Assembly (NCBI GenBank): GCA_038208905.1
Contig: JBBQYG010000019.1
Coordinates: forward strand, 1 to 37,307
Source of the DNA: Candidatus Sumerlaeia bacterium
GTDB lineage: Bacteria; Sumerlaeota; Sumerlaeia; SLMS01
Reading direction: 5' to 3'
Length of the DNA stretch: 37,307 nt
The notes under the pieces are model-generated. The model saw only the letters and a program-made list of their open reading frames with translations. It did not search any database and was not told the DNA's origin. Made by a program: the position numbers and the translations under genes. Of the stretch, positions 18,053 through 27,611 are shown in pieces. Within the stretch, counting starts at the first letter, position 1, and every line of letters starts with the position of its first letter.

Positions 18053-20288
18053 GGGTAGCGTGGGCGTCTTGCCCGCGCCCCGCCGCCCCACTTGGCGCGG
18101 GCGAGGCGCCCACGCTACTCTTTCGGCCATTCTGGCTCTCGCGCTCTGCGCCTGTGGCGAAAGCCCGGACAAGGACGAGGCCCCCTACGTCGGCCCCGCG
18201 ACCGGCGCGCTGGGCAGCGAGGAGAAACTCGCCGCGGAGGTGGACGCAATCCTTGCCGCGTCGCTGGCACAGAGCCGCGAATCAACCCATCGCATCGCCG
18301 GCCTGGAGGGAGCGGGGCTCGAAATTCCCGCGCGGGAACCAATCCTTGCCCCGATTCCTCCGCTCCCCGATGCGGGCCCCATCGCGCCGCTGGGCCCGCG
18401 CGAAATGCCGCTCGGCGAGACGATCACCACGCTGCCGCGCAATCCCCACGCGCTGGCGCTGACAAACGCCGGGCACGCGATCTACTCCGACGATTTGGGC
18501 ATCTTTCTGCAGGGCGACTCCGGCGAAGCGAAGGCGATCTCGCCGTTCGCCGCAGGACGCCTAGCCCTCGATGCGAAGGGCGCGCGGCTCCTGGCACAGC
18601 GCGAGGACAAGGTCCTGATTTTCTCCGGAGACAACTTCGCTCAATCGACTACGATCGCGGAGCACCCGCCGGGCGCGGCGAGCTGGGACACCCGGGAAGG
18701 GCAACTCCTCTTTGCGAGGGAGCGCATCGAGTACTCCGCCAGCGTCAAGGACCGCATCGATCTGGATATCTATCTATACGACCTTGCCTCCAGTCGCGAG
18801 CGCGAGGCCGGATGGGCGCCCTTTGGCCGCTATGCCGCGCTGGGGACGCTTCCCGCCGTCGGGGTCCTGTGGGGGATCTTTCCCCAGCCCCATCAGGTGG
18901 ACCCGGTTCCCGCGCGGCTCTATCGCCTGGACGATGGAACGCCGTTGGGTCCGCTGACGTCGCAATCCGGCGGCGCCGACATCCAGCCCGCCGCCGGGGC
19001 CAACGGCCACTTCCTGTGGATTCGCACCTATCGCCGCGAGAGCAACACCGGGCGCGCGATGTGGAAGCTGATCCGCGCGGAGGACGGCCCGGAACTCCAG
19101 CTAACCGACGCGCCCACCTGGCATGTGGCAATGTCCCCCTCTGGCGAGTGGGGCGCCACCGTCACCGCGGAGGATGGCGGCTTCGCGCTGCGCCGATTCC
19201 GCGCCGGGGACATCCCCGCCCAGCATCAACCCGCTGCGCGCCGCGCCGCCGCGTGGAACGCGGAGGTCGAGCGCGCCCGCCAGGTGGTCGGCGATTTGGT
19301 GCTCACGCTAGAGAAGCGCCCCCTTGGCGCGGCGCTTGAGGAGGCCGACTTCGCGCCCACGCTCGACCGCGTGCCCGCCGCGGACGATTTCGCCGCGATG
19401 GCGGCGGCGCTGCGCGCGGCAATGGCCAAGCACTATCAGGTGAATGACGCCGATCCGCGCGTGTTCCTGCGGCGCATCGATCTGTGGCTCGACGACGCGG
19501 CACCCTACCTGAAGGAGCACCCCGCGCTGATCCTCGCTCTTGGTGGCGCGATGGCCGACGCGCTCCCGGCGAATCGCGGCTGGTCGGCGGAGACGTTCAC
19601 GAAGGCCCTTAGCCAGGACGTGGCGGGCGAAACATGGCGTCGCAGCCTGGAGTTCACCCTGGTCATGCCCATGGGCGCCGCGCGGGAGCGCATCGCATCG
19701 GGGCTCTCGCTCTCCGCGACCGTGGCCGAGATCGCTGCGCGCGGGAAGGCTCCGATCCATCTGGTGGAGAACTTGCGCGCGGAGACCGGCGAGAGCCTGA
19801 TCCCGAAGGAGTGGAAGGACGCGGGCCTGCCGGCAAGCGTCGCGGACCTCACCGCGATCAGGCCGGCGATGGAGAAGCTGGACGTCGCCAACGACGCGCT
19901 CAACGTGGTGGCGCTCTCGATCGCGTCGAGCCAGAAAAGCCCGGCGGGAAGCGAACTGGCGATCTGGACGGCGCTGCGCCTGGCGCGCAACAATCCCGCC
20001 GACGCGGAGGCCCTGACGCTGCTGGGCGACACGCTGAAGGACAACTTCTATACGAGGGCAGCCGCAGCGGTCTTTCGCGCCGCCGCGCTGCTGAATCCCG
20101 AGGACCCCTACCTGCGCGTGCAGAGCGGCGACGCCCTGCTGGCGTTGAGCGATTTTGACGGCGCCCGCGCGGAGTTTGCCATCGCACGCAGCGTTGACAC
20201 CGGCGGCAGCTATGCCGACCAACTTGATCAGCGCGACACGCTTGTCGGCCAGATGGAAAAGTCAGAGAAGGAGGGGGCGACCCCATGA
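18036..20288 (+). CDS. large lipoprotein with a beta-propeller-like region and C-terminal TPR repeats
   Basis: Lipobox LALALCA-C-GES; TPR-like NPADAEALTLLGDTL and LNPEDPYLRVQSGDALL. Start at ATG 18036 overlaps the ATPase stop; alternatives are GTG 18060 and TTG 18069. Confidence 0.75.
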   Translation: MTTSVKGSVGVLPAPRRPTWRGRGAHATLSAILALALCACGESPDKDEAPYVGPATGALGSEEKLAAEVDAILAASLAQSRESTHRIAGLEGAGLEIPAREPILAPIPPLPDAGPIAPLGPREMPLGETITTLPRNPHALALTNAGHAIYSDDLGIFLQGDSGEAKAISPFAAGRLALDAKGARLLAQREDKVLIFSGDNFAQSTTIAEHPPGAASWDTREGQLLFARERIEYSASVKDRIDLDIYLYDLASSREREAGWAPFGRYAALGTLPAVGVLWGIFPQPHQVDPVPARLYRLDDGTPLGPLTSQSGGADIQPAAGANGHFLWIRTYRRESNTGRAMWKLIRAEDGPELQLTDAPTWHVAMSPSGEWGATVTAEDGGFALRRFRAGDIPAQHQPAARRAAAWNAEVERARQVVGDLVLTLEKRPLGAALEEADFAPTLDRVPAADDFAAMAAALRAAMAKHYQVNDADPRVFLRRIDLWLDDAAPYLKEHPALILALGGAMADALPANRGWSAETFTKALSQDVAGETWRRSLEFTLVMPMGAARERIASGLSLSATVAEIAARGKAPIHLVENLRAETGESLIPKEWKDAGLPASVADLTAIRPAMEKLDVANDALNVVALSIASSQKSPAGSELAIWTALRLARNNPADAEALTLLGDTLKDNFYTRAAAAVFRAAALLNPEDPYLRVQSGDALLALSDFDGARAEFAIARSVDTGGSYADQLDQRDTLVGQMEKSEKEGATP
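18055..18118. repeat. GTAG-type REP doublet (REPIN) copy 1, inside a CDS
   Basis: GTAGCGTGGGCGTCTTGCCCGCGCC (18055-18079) and its inverted copy (18094-18118) are 23/25 complementary. Confidence 0.85.
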
Positions 20289-20665
20289 TTAGGGGCATTG
20301 GAATGGACGTGGTGGAGATCCAGCGATTCGAGGAGGCGCTCGAGCGACACGGCGAGCGCCTGCGCAACCGCCTGTTCACTCGGGCCGAGCAGGAATACTG
20401 CGACGCGCACCCCAACCCCGGGACGAGCTATGCCGCGCGCTTTGCCGCCAAGGAGGCCGTGGCCAAGGCCCTGGGAACGGGGATCGCCGGCGGCATCCAG
20501 TGGATCGACATCGAGGTGGTCCGCGACAGCGCGGGGCGCCCGTCGATCATCCTCCACCGCCGCGCGCGGGTGGTCTTCGCCGAACTTCGCGGCCAGCGTG
20601 TTTGGCTGAGCATGACCCACTCGCGCCTGGTCGCCGCGGCCAACGCGGTGATCGAGGGCACGTGA
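20285..20665 (+). CDS. acpS: holo-[acyl-carrier-protein] synthase
   Basis: GIGMDVVEIQR, RLFTRAE, ARFAAKEAVAKALGTG, LSMTHS. Confidence 0.96.
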   Translation: MIRGIGMDVVEIQRFEEALERHGERLRNRLFTRAEQEYCDAHPNPGTSYAARFAAKEAVAKALGTGIAGGIQWIDIEVVRDSAGRPSIILHRRARVVFAELRGQRVWLSMTHSRLVAAANAVIEGT

Positions 20666-21765
20666 GCGGGACGACCCCAGAGGATGCTGTCGCATTCCAA
20701 GGGAGCGTGGGCGTCTCGCCCGCGCGTTGCCCTTGTGGCGGCGGGGCATGGGCAGGGTGCCCATGCCGCTATTGGCGCGCCCTTGTATGTATATTTGTAT
20801 ATGCGATTGCGCTATGGGGTCCGGCGGTGGCCCAGGATGCGCCGTCCGAAGACGACCTCGCGCGCGAGCGCCTGCGGCAGCTTCGCGATTTCCGCCAGTC
20901 CCAGTATCCCGGATTCGTCTCCGAAGAGGCGGTGGCGCCGACGCCCGCCCCCGAGCCGTCGGTCCCTCCGACGCCCGCCCCCCAGCTCCTGGTGGACGAC
21001 ACGCCCTCCACCACGACGTGGTTCCAGACGCGCGAACGCCTCGAACCCGGGATGGAGGAAATCCGCATGCTGATGATTTCCCGCGCCACATCGCAGGAAA
21101 TCGCGGCTCAGGAGGAGAAGTTCATCGGAGACCTGGACGCGGTCGTCCGCATGGCGAATTTCCAGGCGCCCGGCCAGGCGGGCGGCCTGGGGGCAATTCG
21201 CTCTCGCATTGTCCGCCAGCTGGGCTACCTGATCGAGGACTACGCCGCGGGCGAGTGGCGAAAGCTGGAAACCACCGAGGAACTCCTGCGCCGCTCGATG
21301 AAGGAGGCCCAGTATCTCCTCTTCCGCTCCGACCTCGACCGCGGGCTCGCTTCGCCCGCCGCCACGGTGCTACCCGCCGACTGGGACACGAGCCGCTTTG
21401 GCAGTCCCCGCTTCGCGGCGCAGATAGCCGACTGGGACGGCGCGCGCCTGCTGGGTTCCTATCGCGGGCGCCACGCCCAGATCGAATCCGCGCTCCGCCG
21501 CAATCGCCAATTCCACGATCCCATCGCCGCGCGGGAGATGGCCGAACTCGCCCGCCAGCTCGCCACCCGCGTCAACGAAGTCCCCGTCACCTCCGCCACC
21601 GCCTTCCGCGACGCGGCCCTGCGCCTGGACGTGCTCGCCGAGAATCTCGACGACCAGCTCGCGGCCCAGAACACCCTCTACGCCCGCCGCCAGCTCCGCC
21701 TCATGGGCCACGCCATCGACGATGTGGAAGCGTATCTTGCGCTGCGGCGGCAGAACGCGGATTAA
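20662..21765 (+). CDS. secreted alpha-helical hypothetical protein
   Basis: GTGA overlap with the acpS stop; hydrophobic ALVCIFVYAIALWGPAVA-QD signal; Pro-rich linker followed by a helical body. Confidence 0.65.
   Translation: MSGTTPEDAVAFQGSVGVSPARCPCGGGAWAGCPCRYWRALVCIFVYAIALWGPAVAQDAPSEDDLARERLRQLRDFRQSQYPGFVSEEAVAPTPAPEPSVPPTPAPQLLVDDTPSTTTWFQTRERLEPGMEEIRMLMISRATSQEIAAQEEKFIGDLDAVVRMANFQAPGQAGGLGAIRSRIVRQLGYLIEDYAAGEWRKLETTEELLRRSMKEAQYLLFRSDLDRGLASPAATVLPADWDTSRFGSPRFAAQIADWDGARLLGSYRGRHAQIESALRRNRQFHDPIAAREMAELARQLATRVNEVPVTSATAFRDAALRLDVLAENLDDQLAAQNTLYARRQLRLMGHAIDDVEAYLALRRQNAD
20702..20769. repeat. REP doublet copy 2 (diverged), inside a CDS
   Basis: GGAGCGTGGGCGTCTCGCCCGCG ... 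CATGGGCAGGGTGCCCATGCCGC. Left flank CTGTCGCATTCCAA matches CTGTCGTATTCCAA of copy 3. Confidence 0.75.
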
Positions 21766-21905
21766 CCCGCCAAGTCATTCTTCAGCGCGATGCGGTAAAT
21801 CACCATCATCGGGACTACCGGGTTCTGCATCGAGTCGACGAACTCCTCCGCCCTCGCAGACAGCCCAGCCAATCCTGAAGGACGACACGGCATCGGCACC
21901 GATTC

Positions 21906-21917
21906 TTGCATAGACAA
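21906..21917 (+). promoter_or_regulatory. candidate CarH/LitR operator
   Basis: TTGCATAGACAA, near-identical to 9000-9011. Confidence 0.4.
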
Positions 21918-21968
21918 GGCAGCACCCCGCCCCGGGACCGCAAAACACCAGCAATCAGGAGCCAACCC

Positions 21969-22703
21969 ATGTCACAGAAGGTCGCAGTCATCATAGGGGC
22001 CACGGGCGGAATCGGCTCGGCCCTCGCGCGCCAGCTTGCCGCCGACGGATGGGGGCTCACGCTCTGCGCCCGCAACGCGGAGAAACTGGAGGCGCTCGCC
22101 ACCGAAACCGGGGCCGCCTGGGCAGCCGCCGACGCGACCAAGTCAGCCGATGTCGCCAACCTCTTTCGCGAGGCCGCCGAGCATCATGGCTCCGTGACCG
22201 CCGCGGTCAACTGCGTGGGTTCCATCCTCCTCAAGCCCGCCCACCTGACCACCGACGCGGAGTGGGAAGAGACGATCCTGCTCAACCTGACGAGCGCATT
22301 CTACACCGTCCGCGAGGCCGCCAAAGTGATGCGCCGCGGCGGGGGCGCCATCGCGCTGTGCAGCTCCGCCGCCGCACAGATCGGCCTCGCCAACCACGAG
22401 GCCATTGCAGCCGCCAAGGCCGGCGTCATCGGGCTCGCCCGGTCCGCCGCCGCCACCTATGCCGCATCGCGAATTCGCGTCAACGCCGTGGCGCCGGGAC
22501 TGGTGGACACGCCAATGGCCGCCCGCATCGTGAGCAACGAGGCGGCCCTCAAGGTCTCCCTCGCGATGCACCCCCTCGGCCGCATTGGCCAACCGGCGGA
22601 TGTGGCGTCGGCTCTGGCCTGGTTCATCGACCCGCGGCAGTCCTGGGTCACTGGCCAGGTGATCGGCGTGGAAGGCGGTCTGGCCTCGCTGAAGAATCAC
22701 TGA
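21969..22703 (+). CDS. short-chain dehydrogenase/reductase
   Basis: RBS AGGAG; GATGGIG, VNCVGS, IAAAK (Tyr of YxxxK replaced), NAVAPGLVDT, VTGQVIGVEGG. Confidence 0.9.
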   Translation: MSQKVAVIIGATGGIGSALARQLAADGWGLTLCARNAEKLEALATETGAAWAAADATKSADVANLFREAAEHHGSVTAAVNCVGSILLKPAHLTTDAEWEETILLNLTSAFYTVREAAKVMRRGGGAIALCSSAAAQIGLANHEAIAAAKAGVIGLARSAAATYAASRIRVNAVAPGLVDTPMAARIVSNEAALKVSLAMHPLGRIGQPADVASALAWFIDPRQSWVTGQVIGVEGGLASLKNH

Positions 22704-22753
22704 AAGTCAAGGCCGCCTGAAAACGGATCCTCGAAGAAACGCGGCGGCGCCGT

Positions 22754-24190
22754 TCAATCCTCCGTAGCAAAAGGCGCCCGGTGGATTTCATCGTCGCCAC
22801 TGTATAGAATCACTTCGCCACTCAGGCTCTCGCGGCGCAGTTCCGGCGGCAGCGGCCTCTCGTAGAAGAACTCACCCCAGGGATCGTTGTACTCCGGATG
22901 GGCTTCGGCGAGCGCGCGGTCATTGAGCGGATAATTTGCCGCGCCGACGTTCCTGCCTTCCACCACGATCACCACATGGTCGATGGGAGTGGGGGCCAGC
23001 GCCCAGCCGCGCAGGCGGAGTTCGCCCCTCTTGCGACTGTAGCGGACCTTTTCGATCTCCAGCACCAGAGGGAGGCTTTCGGATCGCGGTTCCTTGGGAG
23101 GAGCGAGGGGAGATCCGCCGCCGGGATAGTCCCTTCCGGGGAGTTGCACGGCGGCACCCGGACTCCGGGGCTTCTGGAGGCGGGAAACCAGATCCTCGCT
23201 TTGCAACGCCTCAAGGAGGAACGACGCGAGGACCCGGTCCCCCTCCGGCCGCAGGTGGATACCGTCCATCTGGAAGTAGCGGCGCAGGACGTCGGCCTTG
23301 GGGAGATCATCGAACTTCGCCTTCAGATCGGCAAGGGGCACGGATTCCTTCGCGGCCACCTCGCGGACGATCTGCGCATAGGCCTCGTGGACTGGAACCA
23401 CCTGGGACGGGTCCGACATCCATCGCCGGGCGAGGTAGGCATACTCCCTCCCCTGTATATACGACGTCGGCGCCGTCGCCAGAACGGGGACGATCCCCGC
23501 CTCGCGCGCGAGCCGAACCATTTCCGACAGGTTTTGCCGGAAGTCCTCCGGAGCAACGCGCGGCGGGCGGTTGCCGCCCTGCTTCTGCCCCATGGCCACC
23601 GACAGCCTGATCCCAAGCTGGACGATGCGGAGATTCCGGTATGGATACAGGGGAGAATCGCGGTAGCTCTCGATCTCCTTGTCGGGAACGCCAAAGCCAA
23701 ACCAGTGATCGTTCCAGCCATAGTAGATCACGACGACCTTTGGCTTCAGCGGCAGCACGTCGCGCTTCATCTGCCTCACGCCCTGGTGCGTCGTCCATCC
23801 CCCGACGCCAACATTCAGATAGGAGACCTTCGACCCCGGCGAATCCTGCTCGATGCCATCCACGAGATCGCGGTCATACTTGCCGAACTCCGTGCAGGAG
23901 CAGCCCATGAAGACCAGGTCCACGCCGCCCTTGGCTGCGGCGGCGAGGTTGTCGCGGTAGTAGGGCTGCGTCCACATCAGGTCCTCGTCCTGAATATAGG
24001 CGTTCGAGAATTCCTTGGGATCGGGCCATCCGAACTCGATCTTGTCCGGATAGAAGACATAGCGGAATCCCCCGATACGCAGGCCCAATTCGCCAATCAC
24101 GAGTGCAATGAGCAAGCTGGCGAGCAATAGGCCCACCCTTGCCGCGATAGGGATCCAACCTCGCCGACGCTGTCGGTGCTTGTTCTTCAC
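22754..24190 (-). CDS. membrane-anchored SGNH/GDSL hydrolase with Ig-like C-terminal region
   Basis: N-terminal TM; blocks GCSCT, NVGVGG, YYGWND, DGIH. GTGA overlap with the upstream gene. Confidence 0.85.
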   Translation of the reverse strand: MKNKHRQRRRGWIPIAARVGLLLASLLIALVIGELGLRIGGFRYVFYPDKIEFGWPDPKEFSNAYIQDEDLMWTQPYYRDNLAAAAKGGVDLVFMGCSCTEFGKYDRDLVDGIEQDSPGSKVSYLNVGVGGWTTHQGVRQMKRDVLPLKPKVVVIYYGWNDHWFGFGVPDKEIESYRDSPLYPYRNLRIVQLGIRLSVAMGQKQGGNRPPRVAPEDFRQNLSEMVRLAREAGIVPVLATAPTSYIQGREYAYLARRWMSDPSQVVPVHEAYAQIVREVAAKESVPLADLKAKFDDLPKADVLRRYFQMDGIHLRPEGDRVLASFLLEALQSEDLVSRLQKPRSPGAAVQLPGRDYPGGGSPLAPPKEPRSESLPLVLEIEKVRYSRKRGELRLRGWALAPTPIDHVVIVVEGRNVGAANYPLNDRALAEAHPEYNDPWGEFFYERPLPPELRRESLSGEVILYSGDDEIHRAPFATED

Positions 24191-26133
24191 TGGTGATCCG
24201 CGCTATTGCCGGGCTGCTTCATGAACATGACGCTCTCCACGGTCACGCTGGCTCCAACCGCGGGGGAAAGTCCTGCGTCGAAAACCGCCTGATGGTGATC
24301 GAACCCCGGATGATCCCTCAATATGACATTCAGGGGGGCCGTCCCCTCGGCGATGGGGATTCCGGTGTCGGCCTCCGTCAACGTGATCGCGACGGGACCA
24401 TCGGCCTTGATGACAATCGTGTATGCCCCCGGCTCGATATCCGCGTCATGAAACACTGCGGGATCGCCTGCCTTGATGCGGAGCGTCACTCTGCCATTCC
24501 ATCCGAGGTTCGCGACGTTGTTTCCGACCCCCGCAAAGAAGTGCACTGGAAATCGGACGTTTCCCTCGCCGTCCGGGCGATAGCCGATACTGGGGCTGTC
24601 CCTTCGCACCCAGGCATAGAACTTCTTGCGGCCCTTCCCCGGCTCCGGCTCCGCCGCCACGAAGCGGCAAATCGAATACATCGCCAGAAAGCCCGGATCG
24701 ACAATCAATTCGAGCCCCGACCGATAGACGGGATGGATGCCCATGTCATAGTTTAAGAGCACCATGTCGGGCTTGAGGGCGAGTACATAGGCGCCATCGC
24801 CCTTTTCATGTCCGATTCGCCCCGTTCCAAAGTCCACTGGGATGGTCCTCGCGATGTGATGGTCGTTCAATCCCAGCATGTCGATGGCGGGAAACCCGCT
24901 CCAGAACGGCACGGCGCCCGCCGCATCGACCGCGATAGTCGGGGGATTGTCTCCAAAGGCCCTCTTGAGTCCTGCGCCCACTAACTGGTTATCCCACTCC
25001 CACCGCTCGGAGAACGGATTGCGATTCGACTCCGGCAAGTATCCCGCCACCAGCATCGCGGCTGCGAATGCCGCGGTCGCAAGGAGGCCGCCGCGCCACG
25101 ACCTCAGCACATCCAGTCGAGCACTCGCTTCCGCAACTGCCTCGCCACAGAGCAGCGCGATCAGGCACACCACCGGAACCCCGTGCCGCCACGCGGGGAA
25201 TATATCTCCCCCGAGATAGGCGAGATAGGCCAACCACGCGACAATGGGCAAAAGGATCTGCGTTGTCCGCAAGCGCAGTGCAGTATCCCCACTCCTGAAA
25301 ACCCCCACGCAGTGCCAACCAGCCAGCAGCACAGCCGGGGCGATCGAAAGCAGCAGCACTCCCGCATAGATGGCGCCGCCAATCGCGTGGGCGGCAGACG
25401 GGCTGATCTTGACGAGCGCGGTGTTGGGAACCCACTCGCCATAGTAGAGAAGGCGAAACGCCAACTGCCCCGCCACGCTCAGCGCGGGAATGATGGACAC
25501 CAGAATGGCGGCCCCCCATGCCGAGCGCGTCGCCCGCCCGGCAATCAGGAGGCCGAGCATCGTCGTCGCGACAAAGATCGGCCCATCGGGCCTCGTTAGG
25601 CATAGCAGCCCCAGGCAGAATCCCGCCCCCAGCAAATGCCTCCGCGCGGGGATGCCATCCTCGCCCACAAGCGTCAGCAGGACCGCCCACACCGCCAGGC
25701 AAGCAATCAGCGGCGCCTCCAGCCCCCCGATTGTCCAGACGGCCACCGGCGGAGACAGTGCCATCGCAAGCGCCGCCACGGTGAACGCGCCAATGTTTGG
25801 CTGGGTGCCGCCAAGAAACCTGCGGCCAAAAGCTGCCAGCACACCCACATGCGCCGCAAAACCAAGAAGCCGAACCGCCAAAACCAAATCCATCCCCAGC
25901 CAACCCAGACCCGCGGAGAGCAGCACCCAGAGCAGATTGGAGTAACCCTCCACCCGTGGAACGCCATCGTTCCAGGTGAGCCCCTGCCCGGTGATCAGCC
26001 GCTCCGCATAGCGAAGCGAAATCAGGGCGTCGTCGGTAAGGAAGGGAAGGTGGATTGCCGCGTGCGCGGCGAGTAGCGCCACTGCGCCCGCCATGAGGAG
26101 CGCGTTGGGGGTGATCCATTTTCTGCTCGTCAA
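24187..26133 (-). CDS. multi-TM GT-C family glycosyltransferase (AftB/ArnT-like) with soluble C-terminal extension
   Basis: DDALISLRY, RVEGYSNLLW, GLEAPL, RPDG, PNTALVK, GGDIF, DMLGLND. Start uncertain; TTG 26133 chosen. Confidence 0.8.
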   Translation of the reverse strand: MTSRKWITPNALLMAGAVALLAAHAAIHLPFLTDDALISLRYAERLITGQGLTWNDGVPRVEGYSNLLWVLLSAGLGWLGMDLVLAVRLLGFAAHVGVLAAFGRRFLGGTQPNIGAFTVAALAMALSPPVAVWTIGGLEAPLIACLAVWAVLLTLVGEDGIPARRHLLGAGFCLGLLCLTRPDGPIFVATTMLGLLIAGRATRSAWGAAILVSIIPALSVAGQLAFRLLYYGEWVPNTALVKISPSAAHAIGGAIYAGVLLLSIAPAVLLAGWHCVGVFRSGDTALRLRTTQILLPIVAWLAYLAYLGGDIFPAWRHGVPVVCLIALLCGEAVAEASARLDVLRSWRGGLLATAAFAAAMLVAGYLPESNRNPFSERWEWDNQLVGAGLKRAFGDNPPTIAVDAAGAVPFWSGFPAIDMLGLNDHHIARTIPVDFGTGRIGHEKGDGAYVLALKPDMVLLNYDMGIHPVYRSGLELIVDPGFLAMYSICRFVAAEPEPGKGRKKFYAWVRRDSPSIGYRPDGEGNVRFPVHFFAGVGNNVANLGWNGRVTLRIKAGDPAVFHDADIEPGAYTIVIKADGPVAITLTEADTGIPIAEGTAPLNVILRDHPGFDHHQAVFDAGLSPAVGASVTVESVMFMKQPGNSADHQ

Positions 26134-26265
26134 TGTGGATCCAATCGATGGGGCTTTACCATGTGGAAATCGAGCAGGATAAGGCCTGCATTTTAAGGGA
26201 AGCTTTAGTGCGATAATCCTCGCCAACGAGACTAAGCGCAAGCCCGACTCGGCGCCACTCCGGAA

Positions 26266-27495
26266 CTATTGGCGGTCTCGCTGGTTCCTCCTCACCCCCC
26301 ACATATCCCAGCCAATCAAAACCGCCAGCACCATATAGCAACCCGGAACCAGGTAGAACGCCGAACGCAGGTCGCCGCTGATGCTGCCGAGGTAGCCCAT
26401 GAGCCACGCGAAGAATCCGCACCCGGGGATTCCCGCGCAGGAGAGCAGGACGAAGAGCATCGTCGTGTCCACGCCGGGGAGGCGGTCCGAGCAGTAGCTC
26501 TGGACACTTGGCCAGAACGGCCCCGTGGCGATTCCGGCGAGGAACAGCAGGCCGAAGAAGAGCCACAAATTCTGCATGGTCGGGAACAGCAGCGTGATCG
26601 CCGTGCCTGCGACGGCGGAGCCAACGATGAGCACCGGGAGTTGCCGCTGGCGAATGAAATACCCCCACCCGATACGCCCCGCGACCATGCCTCCCGCGAA
26701 GAACGCGGTGCCGACCCCGCCGGCCCAAGGTGCGGGGTTGAAGGAAAGCTGCACATAGCTGGCGCACCAGAACGTCAGGCAGAACTCGCCGCCGCCCGCC
26801 ACGAACATCGCGGCGAAGAAGAGCCAGAATCGCGGGATGCGCATGATCGCGCGCGCGTGATTGATGACCGTGCGCCAGTGCAGGGGTTCCGGGTGCTCGG
26901 GAAAGGGCGTTCCCTTGCGCCCGACGGGAAGCAGCAGCATCGCCGCCGGGATCAGCGCAAGCGCGCCAAGGCCTCCGGTCAGCCATCTCCACGAGACACC
27001 CATCGTGAGCAGCACGCCTGCGGCCAGCACGGTGACCAGCACGCCCAGCGACCAGAAGGCGTGGGCGAAACTGATGTAACGGCCAGGCTCCTGTGGATGG
27101 AGGTCCTGGACGAAGGGCGTCGCGAGGCCCTCGATGATGCCCTCGGCGAATCCCGCGATCAGCATCCCCAGCATCAGAATGCCATAGATCGGCGCCACCG
27201 CGCACACGGCCACGCCAACGGCCATCAGCACCACCGACCACCCAAACGTCCGCCGCTTACCCCACCGCCCAGCGGCAAACCCACACAGCACCATCGCCAC
27301 CACCATGGGGATAGTCCGGCCCAGGTGCAGGGCGCCGCCCTCCGCCATGCCGCCATCCTCCAGCGGAAAGTTCAGATCGCGCGCCAGCTCCACCAACGCG
27401 ACCGGCACCACCACCGACCCGCCGGCATAGGCAAGGAAGCTGATGAAGGTGGCATAGTCGTAGCGGCCAAACGTCATGCGGCGTGATGCGGGCAT
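26266..27495 (-). CDS. MFS transporter (fucose-permease-like)
   Basis: About 12 hydrophobic segments; GFAAGRWGKRR MFS motif-A variant; HAFWSLG. Divergent from the GH20 gene. Confidence 0.88.
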   Translation of the reverse strand: MPASRRMTFGRYDYATFISFLAYAGGSVVVPVALVELARDLNFPLEDGGMAEGGALHLGRTIPMVVAMVLCGFAAGRWGKRRTFGWSVVLMAVGVAVCAVAPIYGILMLGMLIAGFAEGIIEGLATPFVQDLHPQEPGRYISFAHAFWSLGVLVTVLAAGVLLTMGVSWRWLTGGLGALALIPAAMLLLPVGRKGTPFPEHPEPLHWRTVINHARAIMRIPRFWLFFAAMFVAGGGEFCLTFWCASYVQLSFNPAPWAGGVGTAFFAGGMVAGRIGWGYFIRQRQLPVLIVGSAVAGTAITLLFPTMQNLWLFFGLLFLAGIATGPFWPSVQSYCSDRLPGVDTTMLFVLLSCAGIPGCGFFAWLMGYLGSISGDLRSAFYLVPGCYMVLAVLIGWDMWGVRRNQRDRQ

Positions 27496-27611
27496 TCAAG
27501 TGGGGCCTCTCGCGGGAAATGGACGGCGCTCCCCCCGTGCGGAGGCAAGCCCCGCCGCATCGCCCGATTTTTCCGCTGGCGCCGTCGCGCGGCCCCGGCC
27601 ATCAACGCACC

